Shown here one piece after another: positions 18,889 through 28,908 of a DNA stretch of 64,000 nucleotides. The stretch is from Bdellovibrionales bacterium. Lineage in GTDB: Bacteria > Bdellovibrionota > Bdellovibrionia > Bdellovibrionales > UBA1609. The position numbers were made by a program, and so were the translations under genes. The notes beneath the pieces are model-generated. The model worked only from the letters and a program-made list of their open reading frames with translations, was not told the DNA's origin and searched no databases. The stretch is taken from positions 928,001 to 992,000 of the forward strand of contig OZ241456.1 in the NCBI GenBank assembly GCA_965200875.1, in the 5' to 3' direction. The stretch's first letter is position 1, and each line of letters opens with the position of its first letter.

Positions 18889-21495
18889 TTAGGGCAATAA
18901 AAGTTTTTCTTCCAATAAAATCAATTCTTTCTCCCAGTTCATGTCATTTTCCTGCAACATTTGTTTTATTAAATTTCTATACACTTTGTTAAATTCATTT
19001 TCTGGAGGTAGTATTTCGTCGCTTTTCTCTGGTCCTAGCCAAACAGGTTGAATTTTACGAAAAACAAGAGACATAAAATAAAACCCCAGAGAATCTTGGC
19101 TGATATGCCCTTTTTCAGCATCATACTGAGGTACATTTTTCAAATATCTCCATAACCCATTTGATTGATACGAACTGAGTTGAAAAAAGTTTACCTCTTC
19201 AAATAAATGTATAAGCTCATCAACATTCTTCCATATTTCCTGTAAGTTATTCTCTTCTTCCAAATTAATGGGTGATAAAGTGAACTTAGCTAAAAGAAAT
19301 AAAAATGTATTAATTCTTTCCTGTGAAATAAGGGCATCACAGATATTTGTTGCTTTTCTGTGTTTCCTGCTTCGGTTATGTGTTGATCTTTGTTGAGAAG
19401 GATAAAATGTGAGCAAATATTTAATCATATTCACACTATACTTATGCTTCTGTATAAGAAAATGGCTTTTTTCATATCCTAAAAAACGACATACAGAGCT
19501 ATCTGCCACAGTTTGGTAAATACCGTTCACTCGATATGCAGTGTCATAAAATAAATCCATATCCGTAAATTCAGATTCTTTTAAGTACAGAGAAGATAAA
19601 ATTAAAGTTAAGATAATATCTTCCCATTTCTTTTTATCTATTTGTGAGATAATTACTGTATCCAAAGAATAGGGATAAAGTGAAAGAACACGCGCCAACC
19701 TCTGTACAAATTGATATTTTTCATAATTTTTCGGATTTTCCTTCAATGTGCTTTCAGACCCTAAATTCCAATCTGCTTTTTTAATCTGATTGACAATTTT
19801 ATTCCATTCCCTTTGCCTGAAGTCCTTCACAAAACTGGTGCAATTCTCAAAATTAAATTGATCGAATAACAAATTTTTCTGACCAGAATTATTGAAAAAC
19901 TGAAATAAATTTCTTACATAAGAATAATCACATTTTTCTGTGCCTTCCTGTTCCCTTAAACTCTCTTTAGGGTTGGATAAGTGGACAGAACTTTCCTCCA
20001 CTTCTGTCCAAAATAACCGGTGAAAATAAGAGTTATCCACATAAGCTCTGTCGTACCCATATTCATCAGCTATTTCTAAAACAGACTGCTCTCCGTTTAC
20101 AAAAACAGACCATATATCCTTGATTAAAAATGTAATCTGGCCTTCATAAGCCTGATTATGTATATGCAAAACCTCTCTTATACTTTTTCTGTCATGGCGG
20201 TCGCGTAAAGCACCCATTAAATTCAACCAATCCGTTTCTGAAAAATAACTGATGAGTTTTTTCCACTCATCAGGAGATCGTTTATATTTCTCCTCTTCAT
20301 ATACAAATAACAATGCGTCTACAGATTTTAAGTTCTTTGGATTGGAGTCATTTTTTAGAGTGTTTTCCAATATTTCATATTGATTTACTGCCAAATTTTC
20401 TATACCCATTACTTCCACACAAAACTTAATCGCCAAGGATTTATAATTTGCTGTGTTCCAATGATCCGCCAGTGTAAAGTATGAGCGCAAATCCTGATCC
20501 TGACAGGAAAAAGAATAAAGAGAAAGTAAGGCTTGTATATTTCCATTATCTGGTTTTTGAGGGTATTGGAGTAAAAATTTTTCCCATATAACAGACCAAT
20601 TTAAAGAGCCATAATCAGCGAAATATCTTTTGTATTCAGCCAAACTGATAATATCCATCATTTTGTCTTCTTCTTCAAACATTAAAAAAATGTCTTGTTC
20701 CAGATTTTCAATGGATTGATAAGCACTCCATTCCATTTCTAAAGTTCTTTTTAAATATTCCCGGCTGTTTTCTTTGTAATTAATCCAGCGAGCATCGTTC
20801 CAAAATGCGCGATCCACTACATTCAAAATATCACTCCAAACCCGAACATGCTGTGTTCTGGACCATTCATCGATGAGCGTTTTTTGTAATTCTTCAGTGT
20901 AGAGATACTTCTGGTTCTTTCTGGGATGAGAAGAAGGTGTTACTCTGTTTGACACCCCTTTGCGGGCATTTTCCGTAAGAAAAAAATCAGATTTTTCCTG
21001 CTTGATTTTTTCTACTTCTACTTCTTTTCTTTTATTGACTAGGAATTGCACCATTAATTTAAAAGTGGAGTTAGAAAGCCAAGTGGAACAAACTTTATTC
21101 AGACGATTAAGCTGATGACTGAATAATATTTTTTTGGGGTCAGCTGTAGCTATTTGCAGGAGAAGATTTGTAAACGCGCTCATACTTTCCTGTTGACAGG
21201 ATACTTCACTTAAAGAAAGCAATTTATTAAGTTCTTCTTCCTTTAAGTTTTCGTAAAGTTTTTTTTCTGTAATGCCAGACCAGTACTGACTCCAAGAAAA
21301 ACCGGGAGCATGATTATCTCGAAGATGGTTCACATAGTGTGAAAATTCTCCTTCTTCATCTTTTTCTCTTTGAAATTCCTCTAAGAATAAAAGTGCTGAC
21401 TGTAACCGTACTCCTTTTACGATAAACTTAGGTGGTTCAACAGTACATGATACGAAAAAAAAAATAGAAATTAGAAAAATGTTACTTTTTTTCAT
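18889..21495 (-). CDS. Large hypothetical lipoprotein
   Basis: Long ORF (listed to 21588); MKKSNIFLISIFFFVSC lipobox from ATG at 21495; no recognisable domain. Confidence 0.6.
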   Translation of the reverse strand: MKKSNIFLISIFFFVSCTVEPPKFIVKGVRLQSALLFLEEFQREKDEEGEFSHYVNHLRDNHAPGFSWSQYWSGITEKKLYENLKEEELNKLLSLSEVSCQQESMSAFTNLLLQIATADPKKILFSHQLNRLNKVCSTWLSNSTFKLMVQFLVNKRKEVEVEKIKQEKSDFFLTENARKGVSNRVTPSSHPRKNQKYLYTEELQKTLIDEWSRTQHVRVWSDILNVVDRAFWNDARWINYKENSREYLKRTLEMEWSAYQSIENLEQDIFLMFEEEDKMMDIISLAEYKRYFADYGSLNWSVIWEKFLLQYPQKPDNGNIQALLSLYSFSCQDQDLRSYFTLADHWNTANYKSLAIKFCVEVMGIENLAVNQYEILENTLKNDSNPKNLKSVDALLFVYEEEKYKRSPDEWKKLISYFSETDWLNLMGALRDRHDRKSIREVLHIHNQAYEGQITFLIKDIWSVFVNGEQSVLEIADEYGYDRAYVDNSYFHRLFWTEVEESSVHLSNPKESLREQEGTEKCDYSYVRNLFQFFNNSGQKNLLFDQFNFENCTSFVKDFRQREWNKIVNQIKKADWNLGSESTLKENPKNYEKYQFVQRLARVLSLYPYSLDTVIISQIDKKKWEDIILTLILSSLYLKESEFTDMDLFYDTAYRVNGIYQTVADSSVCRFLGYEKSHFLIQKHKYSVNMIKYLLTFYPSQQRSTHNRSRKHRKATNICDALISQERINTFLFLLAKFTLSPINLEEENNLQEIWKNVDELIHLFEEVNFFQLSSYQSNGLWRYLKNVPQYDAEKGHISQDSLGFYFMSLVFRKIQPVWLGPEKSDEILPPENEFNKVYRNLIKQMLQENDMNWEKELILLEEKLLLP

Positions 21496-21649
21496 CAATT
21501 TACCTGAATCATCGGTCCTGAATAGAGGGCATTCCAGATGGTAAAACCCTGGAATTACATAACAGAAATTCCCATGAAAAATTGACAACCTTTTTCAAGA
21601 CCGACTGCTTTGTCACCTGTCTGTAAACAGAGGGTTTTGTCCCTGTCGG

Positions 21650-22162
21650 CTATTTGGATACATTACCAGATTTTCCCTTTCCTTTAGGTTTGGCTGACGG
21701 TTTGGAATCAACAGCTGGTTTTTTATGCTTATGATCAGCTCCCTCGCTTTTGGTACAAGTTTTTTTATCTTTTCCTTCGCATTTGTCACAGGTTTTTTTG
21801 TCTTTCCCCTTGCATTTTTCAGCGCAGGCTGTTTTGGCTTTTTCCTTGCATTCAGCACAGGCTTTTTTGTCTTTCCCTTTGCATTTTTCAGCGCAGGCTG
21901 TTTTATGTTTTTCCTTGCATTCAGCACAGGCTTTTTTGGCTTTCTCCTTACGCTCAGCACAGGCTGTTTTAGCTTTTTCCTTGCATTCAGCAACACAGGT
22001 TTTTTTGTCTTTCCCTTTGCATTTTTCAGCGCAGGCTTTTTCTTTTTCCTTGCATTCAGCACAGGCTTCTTTCTTCTCTCCTTGTCCGCAACTACCACAA
22101 TGAGCAATAGCAAAAGGCACGAAAAGTAAAGAAAAAAGCATTACAATAATATATAATTTCAT
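21650..22162 (-). CDS. Secreted Cys/Lys-rich tandem-repeat protein
   Basis: Signal peptide MKLYIIVMLFSLLFVPFAIA from ATG 22162, then HCGSC and repeated KACAECKEKAK/TACAEKCKGKDK units. Confidence 0.7.
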   Translation of the reverse strand: MKLYIIVMLFSLLFVPFAIAHCGSCGQGEKKEACAECKEKEKACAEKCKGKDKKTCVAECKEKAKTACAERKEKAKKACAECKEKHKTACAEKCKGKDKKACAECKEKAKTACAEKCKGKDKKTCDKCEGKDKKTCTKSEGADHKHKKPAVDSKPSAKPKGKGKSGNVSK

Positions 22163-22263
22163 AATAAATTCTCCATTTTTTGTTGATAATGTTTGAAGTG
22201 CCAGTTTAAAAAAATATCTTCTCACTGTCAATAAAATTTACAATTCTTGTAATGAATTTTAAT

Positions 22264-24441
22264 TTAGTTTATTTCCGTAGCTGTAGCATTTTCGCCACCG
22301 GTAAAATCCACAATTCGAGGGGTTAAAAACAGCAATAATTCATTCCGTTGTTCACTTTTTGCAAATTTGGAAAAAAGCCAGTTCAAAATAGGTATATGTC
22401 TAAGAATGGGGATACCTTCATCTGTTCGTGCTTCATCTTTTTGGTAAATACCTCCAATAACAATTGTTCGTCCATTACCCACCAATACTTTTGTTTGTGC
22501 AGAACGGGAGTTTTTTGGACGCGCACCTTGTGGTCCCTGTTGGGCACCAAAAAATTCCCTTCGCATATTAATTTCCATATAAATAGAACCAACAGCCGTA
22601 ACTTTTGGAGATACTTCAAATTCCAATACCGCTGAGATTCTCTGAGGTGCTGTTTGAGTGGTTTGATCACTTTGAGTGGTGACTATATCAATATCCTCTG
22701 TTTGTTGGGAAATTTTTGCTTTTTCCCCATTTAAAACCATAATGCGAGGAGCACTCAGAACATGAATCAGGTTTTCAATTTCAGAAAGACCCAAAGCCAG
22801 ATCCAAATCCCCTACAGGTGCGAAAGAAACCCGCAATCCGCGTCCTCTGGTAATAAGTGTGCTTGTGGTACCTACGCCTCCAGGAAAAGCATCCAAGCCT
22901 CCACTGATATTTAAAGCTAAATTAGGATTTCCCCCTGGTACAATATTTAATGGAGCACCTTGAAAGCCCCAACTCACTCCAAGATTACGAACAAAACTTT
23001 CACGAGCTTCTACTATCTTGGCTTCAATCATGACTTGTATTGGCAACTTATCCAAATTTTTAACCATAGTTTCAATACGCTCAATATTGCGAGCGGTATC
23101 AGTGATAATTAAAGAATTGGATTTCTGGTCAGAGGTTGATTTCCCTCGATCTTTTGTAAGCATTTCTTTTATTTGTTTTTCTATATCGGCCACTTCTGTA
23201 TAAGCTAAAGAGATCACTTTAACCTTTAAGGGTTCCAAAATCTTTTGTTTCTCCCGCATTTCCTGAACATCTTTTTGCTCTTTCCTTAAATCCTCTAATT
23301 TCATAATCCGAATAATATTTCCTTCTCTCATGTAACCCAGATCTTTCATTTTCATCACTGTTACCAAGGCTTGATCCCAAGGAATATTTTTTAGTTTGAC
23401 ACTGATCTTTCCCTCTATATTATCCGACAGTACCATATTCAATCCTGTGCCTTCTGAAATAAAATACAAAACTTCTCTCACATCCACATCATTTAACTGA
23501 ATGGAAATAGGAGCTCCGGTAAATTGAGGAGTATGAAGCAAAAACTCCTCCAAGGATTTCGCTGGCAGGATTTCGCTTGAAATACTCTGATCAGATGATC
23601 CCTGCATGGAAAAAGAATCTTCTTCATTGCCTTGCCCTTCTTGCAAGCTGATGCCTGTTCCCCCTGTGCCACCCTGAGAAGAAATAATCAGAGAACCCGT
23701 ATCTTCTGCCACACTTACAGAAGGTGAACCTGCGTTTTCCCTCATTTGCAATACAATACGCACGGTATTACTGTCTTTTTGATCTGCCTGCAATAAGGCC
23801 ATATCAGTATGAAAATCTTTCATTACAAAAGGACGTTCCTGCAAGCTCTCCGATAAAACTGCTCCGGGTATTTCAATAATAAACTGATTATTTTCTCTAT
23901 TTTCTCTGGATTGATAAGAAAGAGAACCTGTGCCATCGATATAAATTTTATTTTCGCTAGCTTCGTATCGAATACTACTGACAACAACACCAATTCCACT
24001 TGCAGAGTCACTGGCGACTTTTTCATCTTCATCAATTTCCATATCATCTTCGGATGTTAACATATCCTCTTCTTCAGTTGCGTTTTCAGCTGTGGAATCT
24101 GTTGCATCAGACTCTTCCTTTACTGTCTGAGATTCTTCAGATTCAGCACTGATAGAGTCTTTCTCTGTTGTCTCTTCATCTGTTTCTGCTTGAGAATCGT
24201 CTGAAGGAAAAGCCTCATCTGCCATCTCTTTTTCAAAGTCTTCTGAATCGGCAAATTCATCTTCCAAGTCTTCTGAGTCGGCAAATTCACCACTGTCAGA
24301 TTCTTGTTCACCAATAACATCAGTAGCAGTTTCACCTTCGTCTATCTGCGTGGGAGATTGACTCTTGACCGTTTGGCAGGAAACTGCAAAAAAGAAAAAA
24401 AGAAAAAAAACGATATAAGTGTTCATCATATTGATTGTCAC
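22264..24441 (-). CDS. pilQ: Type IV pilus secretin PilQ
   Basis: Lipobox AVSC, acidic linker, AMIN-like region, FTGAPISIQLNDVDVREVL, IPWDQAL, QVMIEAKIVE, IVIGGIY, GIPILRHIPIL and ELLLFLTPRIV. Confidence 0.9.
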   Translation of the reverse strand: MTINMMNTYIVFFLFFFFAVSCQTVKSQSPTQIDEGETATDVIGEQESDSGEFADSEDLEDEFADSEDFEKEMADEAFPSDDSQAETDEETTEKDSISAESEESQTVKEESDATDSTAENATEEEDMLTSEDDMEIDEDEKVASDSASGIGVVVSSIRYEASENKIYIDGTGSLSYQSRENRENNQFIIEIPGAVLSESLQERPFVMKDFHTDMALLQADQKDSNTVRIVLQMRENAGSPSVSVAEDTGSLIISSQGGTGGTGISLQEGQGNEEDSFSMQGSSDQSISSEILPAKSLEEFLLHTPQFTGAPISIQLNDVDVREVLYFISEGTGLNMVLSDNIEGKISVKLKNIPWDQALVTVMKMKDLGYMREGNIIRIMKLEDLRKEQKDVQEMREKQKILEPLKVKVISLAYTEVADIEKQIKEMLTKDRGKSTSDQKSNSLIITDTARNIERIETMVKNLDKLPIQVMIEAKIVEARESFVRNLGVSWGFQGAPLNIVPGGNPNLALNISGGLDAFPGGVGTTSTLITRGRGLRVSFAPVGDLDLALGLSEIENLIHVLSAPRIMVLNGEKAKISQQTEDIDIVTTQSDQTTQTAPQRISAVLEFEVSPKVTAVGSIYMEINMRREFFGAQQGPQGARPKNSRSAQTKVLVGNGRTIVIGGIYQKDEARTDEGIPILRHIPILNWLFSKFAKSEQRNELLLFLTPRIVDFTGGENATATEIN

Positions 24442-24492
24442 TTTATCACAATGTTACTCTGAGTTGCTAAGATTATTTTTCAGTTTGAAAAA

Positions 24493-24546
24493 TTTACAAA
24501 CAATGTCATTTTTACAAACAATGTCATTTTTACAAACAATGTCATT
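24493..24546. repeat. 18-bp tandem repeat, 3 copies, upstream of pilQ
   Basis: TTTACAAACAATGTCATT repeated three times without spacer. Confidence 0.9.
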
Positions 24547-24790
24547 TTTAATTCTCTTTTTTGTCTGCTATAACCAGTCGATTTAGGCTTGAAGAAGTTT
24601 TGTTAACTTTGCAGAAAATCACTGGTTCATTATATAACGCGTGGGTTCAAACAGGCATTTTTTCAGTAGACGCAGGTTCACATTTGCAATGTTTTCAAGA
24701 TAAATGTGCTATGCGTTAAACAGTCCCTTGTGAAAAAGCCTTTCCTAAACTGAAAAAAATGTATTATAATGACCGAAAAAAGGTATTATA

Positions 24791-25435
24791 ATGAATAAAT
24801 CAACAGCTTCGATTTCAGATGAAATTTGGAGATTGATAAAAGAGACTCAGGAAAACCTAAAAGTTCTTTCAATTAGTCAAAAAGAGACTCAGGAAAACCT
24901 AAAAGTTCTTTCAATTAGCCAAAAAGAGACTCAGGAAAACCTAAAAGTTCTTTCAATTAGCCAAAAAGAAACAGATCGACAAATTCAAAAAATGGGTAGT
25001 CGTTTTAACCAACGTTGGGGAACTTTTATTGAATCTTTAGTTTCAGGAAATCTGGTAAAAATTCTTCAAGATTGGGGAATAGACATTATGCAAACTCATA
25101 CTCGTTCAGAAGCTCAATGGAAAAGACCTGATGGCAGTATTCAAAAGAGAGAGTTTGATATTATTGTTGCCAATGGTTCAGAGGTTGTAGCTGTGGAAGT
25201 AAAAAGTACTTTATATCCAAAAGATGTGAAAACTTTTTTAAAAACATTACAGGATTTTAGAAAATATTTTCCAAGATACAGATCTGAAATCATTTATGGG
25301 GCGGTTGCTTATTTAACGAGTGAAGATAAAGCTCATTTTTTCGCTGAAGAACATGGTCTTTTTGTAATTCGTGCTACAGGGGACAGTGCCAGTATTATCA
25401 ATCAAGAAACTTTTAAGCCAAAAGCATTTAGCTAA
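24791..25435 (+). CDS. PD-(D/E)XK nuclease-like protein (DUF3782-like) with N-terminal coiled-coil repeats
   Basis: KETQENLKVLSISQ x3, WGTFIESLV, REFDIIVANGSEVVAVEVKS and YGAVAYL. Confidence 0.75.
   Translation: MNKSTASISDEIWRLIKETQENLKVLSISQKETQENLKVLSISQKETQENLKVLSISQKETDRQIQKMGSRFNQRWGTFIESLVSGNLVKILQDWGIDIMQTHTRSEAQWKRPDGSIQKREFDIIVANGSEVVAVEVKSTLYPKDVKTFLKTLQDFRKYFPRYRSEIIYGAVAYLTSEDKAHFFAEEHGLFVIRATGDSASIINQETFKPKAFS
24838..24970 (+). repeat. 42-bp coding tandem repeat, 3 copies
   Basis: AAAGAGACTCAGGAAAACCTAAAAGTTCTTTCAATTAG(T/C)CAA repeated three times. Confidence 0.9.
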
Positions 25436-25450
25436 AAATAATTTAATGAG

Positions 25451-26101
25451 GTGAATATGAAATTGAGTAAAGACACAGTCATTAAAATTCTTGATACTAT
25501 ATATGATAATGCTGAGGAAGGTTTACCGGGTATATTATCTGTTAAGGAAGAGGTTCAAAAAGAAAAAATAAAATATAAAAACCCGCAAGAACATATTGAT
25601 TCAGTGATAAAGTGGGCTGTAGCTAAAAGCTCTTGTGCTGGTTTTGCTTCTTCAGTAGGAGGAATAATCACCTTGCCAACCCTTCCTTTTGGAATGAGTG
25701 TTAATTTGTATATCCAATTACGTATGATAATTAAAATTGCTTACATAAGTGGTCTTGATATAAAATCAGAGGAAGTGAAAACTTTTATATACTGTTGTTT
25801 GGCAGGCTCTAAGGCTATTAAGGACATTCTCAAATCTGTAGGTATAAAAATAGGTCAAAAGCTGACTCAGAAAATGATTACCGGTATAAGTGGAAAAGTC
25901 TTAATCAAAATAAACAAGCTTGTGGGTTTTAGGTTATTTACAAAATTTGGTTCTAAAGGAGTATTCAACTTTGGAAAAATGGTGCCTATAGCAGGAGGAA
26001 TTATTGGCGGGTATATTGATGGGCACTGGTGTTACAGTTCTGGAAAAATGGCTAAAAAACTATTTTTCAAAAATCCAAAGCTTAAGGAAAATCAAGAGTA
26101 G
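25451..26101 (+). CDS. EcsC-family protein
   Basis: GFASSVGGIITLP, LYIQLRMI..IAYISGLD, KINKLVGFRLFTKFG and KMVPIAGGIIGG..D. Confidence 0.8.
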   Translation: MNMKLSKDTVIKILDTIYDNAEEGLPGILSVKEEVQKEKIKYKNPQEHIDSVIKWAVAKSSCAGFASSVGGIITLPTLPFGMSVNLYIQLRMIIKIAYISGLDIKSEEVKTFIYCCLAGSKAIKDILKSVGIKIGQKLTQKMITGISGKVLIKINKLVGFRLFTKFGSKGVFNFGKMVPIAGGIIGGYIDGHWCYSSGKMAKKLFFKNPKLKENQE

Positions 26102-26234
26102 ACTCCCGTTTTCACTGGGATTTTCATTATACTTTCATTTGTGTTTTCATTATGCTTTCACTGTGTTTTCATCATATTTTCATTAGTTAAAAATCTTTAC
26201 ATTTCCCACAGTTTATTAGTAATTTTCATTTCTT

Positions 26235-28214
26235 ATGAAAGAAAATTTTTCAAACTCAAAACTTATTTCACTAAAATTATTATTAAAATTCAGAACTATC
26301 ACACCAAATTGTTCTGAATCAAAAGTTTATGTAATGGCCTGTGAAAAACCTCTAATTTTTTTTCTTTGTGCTATATATTTTTTACTGGTAGTTTTTATAT
26401 TATCTTCTTCAAAAGCTTTTGCTCATACTCATTCTCACGATCAAAGTCATCAAAGTATACCACCAGAACTTATCGAAAATATTTATGAAAAGGCTGTCAC
26501 TCTTTCTCCAGAAGTATTGGAGATTGCAAATGGTTCACTTACAGAACCTCATATACGAATTGGTAGACATAATATAGTGTTAAACTCCGGTTTTTGGGAA
26601 CTGGTAAAAGGATGGCTTAGGCTTTACCGTAAGGAAATTGAAGTATATTGTCCTTGTGATATTAGTGAAGAAGCATTGGTTAAAGATGCTAAGAATCATA
26701 TATCGTCTGGTTTTATTTATTCAAAAATAGGGAAACCTGTTGCTCACTTGTCTGAACACATCTTTGTAGGTTCTTATGGATTATCTGCAAAATATGGGAA
26801 AACAGCTTTACTGCTAAAAGCTTCAGCGGAAGTGGCGGAAACAATGCTTTCTGTATTTGTGGGAGGAAAAGGTATTCATATTCTCTGTAATGCGATTGAT
26901 GCCATGATTCTTTTTTTATTCAGAAAAACACAAATCTATGCTCGAGTTTTTCGCAATAGCCGATCAATGAACAAGAGTGGCTTATTAATGATGTTTCGCT
27001 TGGCTTGGTTCAATCGTTTAATGAAAAAAGCACAAAATAAAGTCTTTTTTCACTTGGAATCTGTGGAAATAAATCAAACAGCTCTTGCGAATGTTAATAA
27101 GGAAGGAGTTGGAAAAAATAAAAGAATGAAATGGGTAAACAGCATATCTCAAAAAGTGGCTTCTCTCCTAGAAGAAATTGCAGAGATAGACATGCTGTGG
27201 GAATCGGGACAGCTTTCAAAAAGACAACAGGAAAAATTACTGAAAAAAAGAAGAAAACTTTATCAGAAAATGGAACGAATTACAGCGGTATCCAGAAACT
27301 CTTTTTTGGGAAAAAGATATAAAAGATTTTTACTTCTCCTCTCCCGAAGAGGAAAAACAGACTATTTGAAAGGTTCCAGTGTGTCCGATAAAATTACACC
27401 TGAAAATTGGTTTTGGATGTTATCCGTTCAGGAAAATATTTTGGAAAGAGTCTTGATGAGAGAGGTTTCCAGAGAGATGGAAAACCTTGGTCAGGAATAT
27501 CGTACTGTTTTTAAAATCGATGAAGTCAGAACAGGCTTGGCAAGAGAGTTTGTTGAAAAAATGAATAGCACCAGCTTGCAAATAACTGAATCTCCAAACA
27601 ATTTGTCTACTGGAGAAAACAACAAATTTCAGGAAGATACCAACCAAAGTAGTACAAAAAAACAAGGCCATTACACCACTTCTGAACAAAAAAATATTCA
27701 ATCTGTAGAGAAAGTCTTAATGGATATAGAAAATATTTTTAATCCCTCTTTAACATTTAAGGAAAGGTACTTGCTGGTTTCCATCTTGGAATCAGGCCTG
27801 ACTGGTTTTTTTGAATATTATCTGCACATGATTTATAATCGTCTGTCTGAATCCACAGCGAATATGAATATATGGAGCAAAGCCAGATTGAAATGGAGAC
27901 TGGAAAGGTTTACTTATTACATATTTAGTTACGCTGATTTTTTGCGCACGATAGCTCTTATAAAACAGAAGCCTGCATTAATGGCTTATCAATATGAGGC
28001 AATGGAAAACTTTTTGTTGTTTTTTGAATATCTTCATAAACTGTCCAAAATTGCTGGTTCTCATAAACCCAAAGAAGAGCTTTTGGCCGTAATGGATAAA
28101 AATCTTCAATATATTCAATCTTTTCAGGTTCAAAAGGAAAAACGAACAGCTTTTTCATGGATGCCTTTCAAATCTCCTCTTCCTTATTGTCGCAATCTCA
28201 TAAGGAGTTTTTAA
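26235..28214 (+). CDS. Hypothetical exported protein
   Basis: 659 aa ORF; signal-like segment ending AFA followed by HTHSHDQSH. Start is probably internal. Confidence 0.6.
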   Translation: MKENFSNSKLISLKLLLKFRTITPNCSESKVYVMACEKPLIFFLCAIYFLLVVFILSSSKAFAHTHSHDQSHQSIPPELIENIYEKAVTLSPEVLEIANGSLTEPHIRIGRHNIVLNSGFWELVKGWLRLYRKEIEVYCPCDISEEALVKDAKNHISSGFIYSKIGKPVAHLSEHIFVGSYGLSAKYGKTALLLKASAEVAETMLSVFVGGKGIHILCNAIDAMILFLFRKTQIYARVFRNSRSMNKSGLLMMFRLAWFNRLMKKAQNKVFFHLESVEINQTALANVNKEGVGKNKRMKWVNSISQKVASLLEEIAEIDMLWESGQLSKRQQEKLLKKRRKLYQKMERITAVSRNSFLGKRYKRFLLLLSRRGKTDYLKGSSVSDKITPENWFWMLSVQENILERVLMREVSREMENLGQEYRTVFKIDEVRTGLAREFVEKMNSTSLQITESPNNLSTGENNKFQEDTNQSSTKKQGHYTTSEQKNIQSVEKVLMDIENIFNPSLTFKERYLLVSILESGLTGFFEYYLHMIYNRLSESTANMNIWSKARLKWRLERFTYYIFSYADFLRTIALIKQKPALMAYQYEAMENFLLFFEYLHKLSKIAGSHKPKEELLAVMDKNLQYIQSFQVQKEKRTAFSWMPFKSPLPYCRNLIRSF

Positions 28215-28840
28215 TGATGTGGGTTCAAAAAAAACAAAGAAAAAAAACAGTCTTACTTACTCTGACTTTTCTGTTGGTTCTTCTTGTATTTAATATTTCT
28301 GATTCCGGTGCAGGAATTATCTCTTTTTGTAGAACAGCTTTTTCTCGTAAAGATACTTTCCTAGCAGAGCATGATTTTAAAAACCCAACAGCAAAAACGC
28401 TTGTGGAGGGATATCAAATCATCAAGGGGTTAAAATGGTTTAAGCGGAAGCAAATAAAGGAATTTGAAAAAGGGTTAAAGGAAATGGTGGAGTTTTTGGA
28501 GCACCCTCATTCTGATACACGACAATTACAAGGTTTGAGTATTCCCTTGGAAGTTCTTGCAAGAAAATCTCATGAAATTATAAAATTTACAAAGCAATCT
28601 CCGCAAGCAGATGCTATTTATTTCCGACAGATCACACAGGCTGTGTTGGCACTGTTTGGCAAGCACTTTCCTTCAGTATTAAAAAATCATTCTTATCAAG
28701 TGGATTGGCCCAGGATTAATTTAATTGTAAAAAACATTGCTGACTTTGATATACACAATCCTCGCTTTTCACTTTATAAAATCAAAAGAGCCATAGAAGG
28801 ACGATACTCATTAAAGGAATTTATATTATGTCGTATGTAA
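28214..28840 (+). CDS. Hypothetical exported protein
   Basis: ORF listed from 28157; ATG at 28214 overlaps the upstream stop (TAATG) and is followed by a basic then hydrophobic signal segment. Confidence 0.6.
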   Translation: MMWVQKKQRKKTVLLTLTFLLVLLVFNISDSGAGIISFCRTAFSRKDTFLAEHDFKNPTAKTLVEGYQIIKGLKWFKRKQIKEFEKGLKEMVEFLEHPHSDTRQLQGLSIPLEVLARKSHEIIKFTKQSPQADAIYFRQITQAVLALFGKHFPSVLKNHSYQVDWPRINLIVKNIADFDIHNPRFSLYKIKRAIEGRYSLKEFILCRM

Positions 28841-28908
28841 GTAAACCAATGTCGTATGTAAAGTAAAAATTGTAACAAAGAAAAATATTTATCAAAGGAG
28901 TTTATATT

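Noticed and set aside
21613..22129. Three alternative long ORFs over the Cys/Lys repeat (21613-22113, 21725-22129, 21750-22103)
   Set aside because: Shadow frames of a stop-poor tandem repeat; only 21650-22162 has a signal peptide and an upstream GGAG RBS.
28828..28868. Short duplication ATGTCGTATGTAA(A)GTAAA at a gene end
   Set aside because: Two short copies only; probably local slippage.
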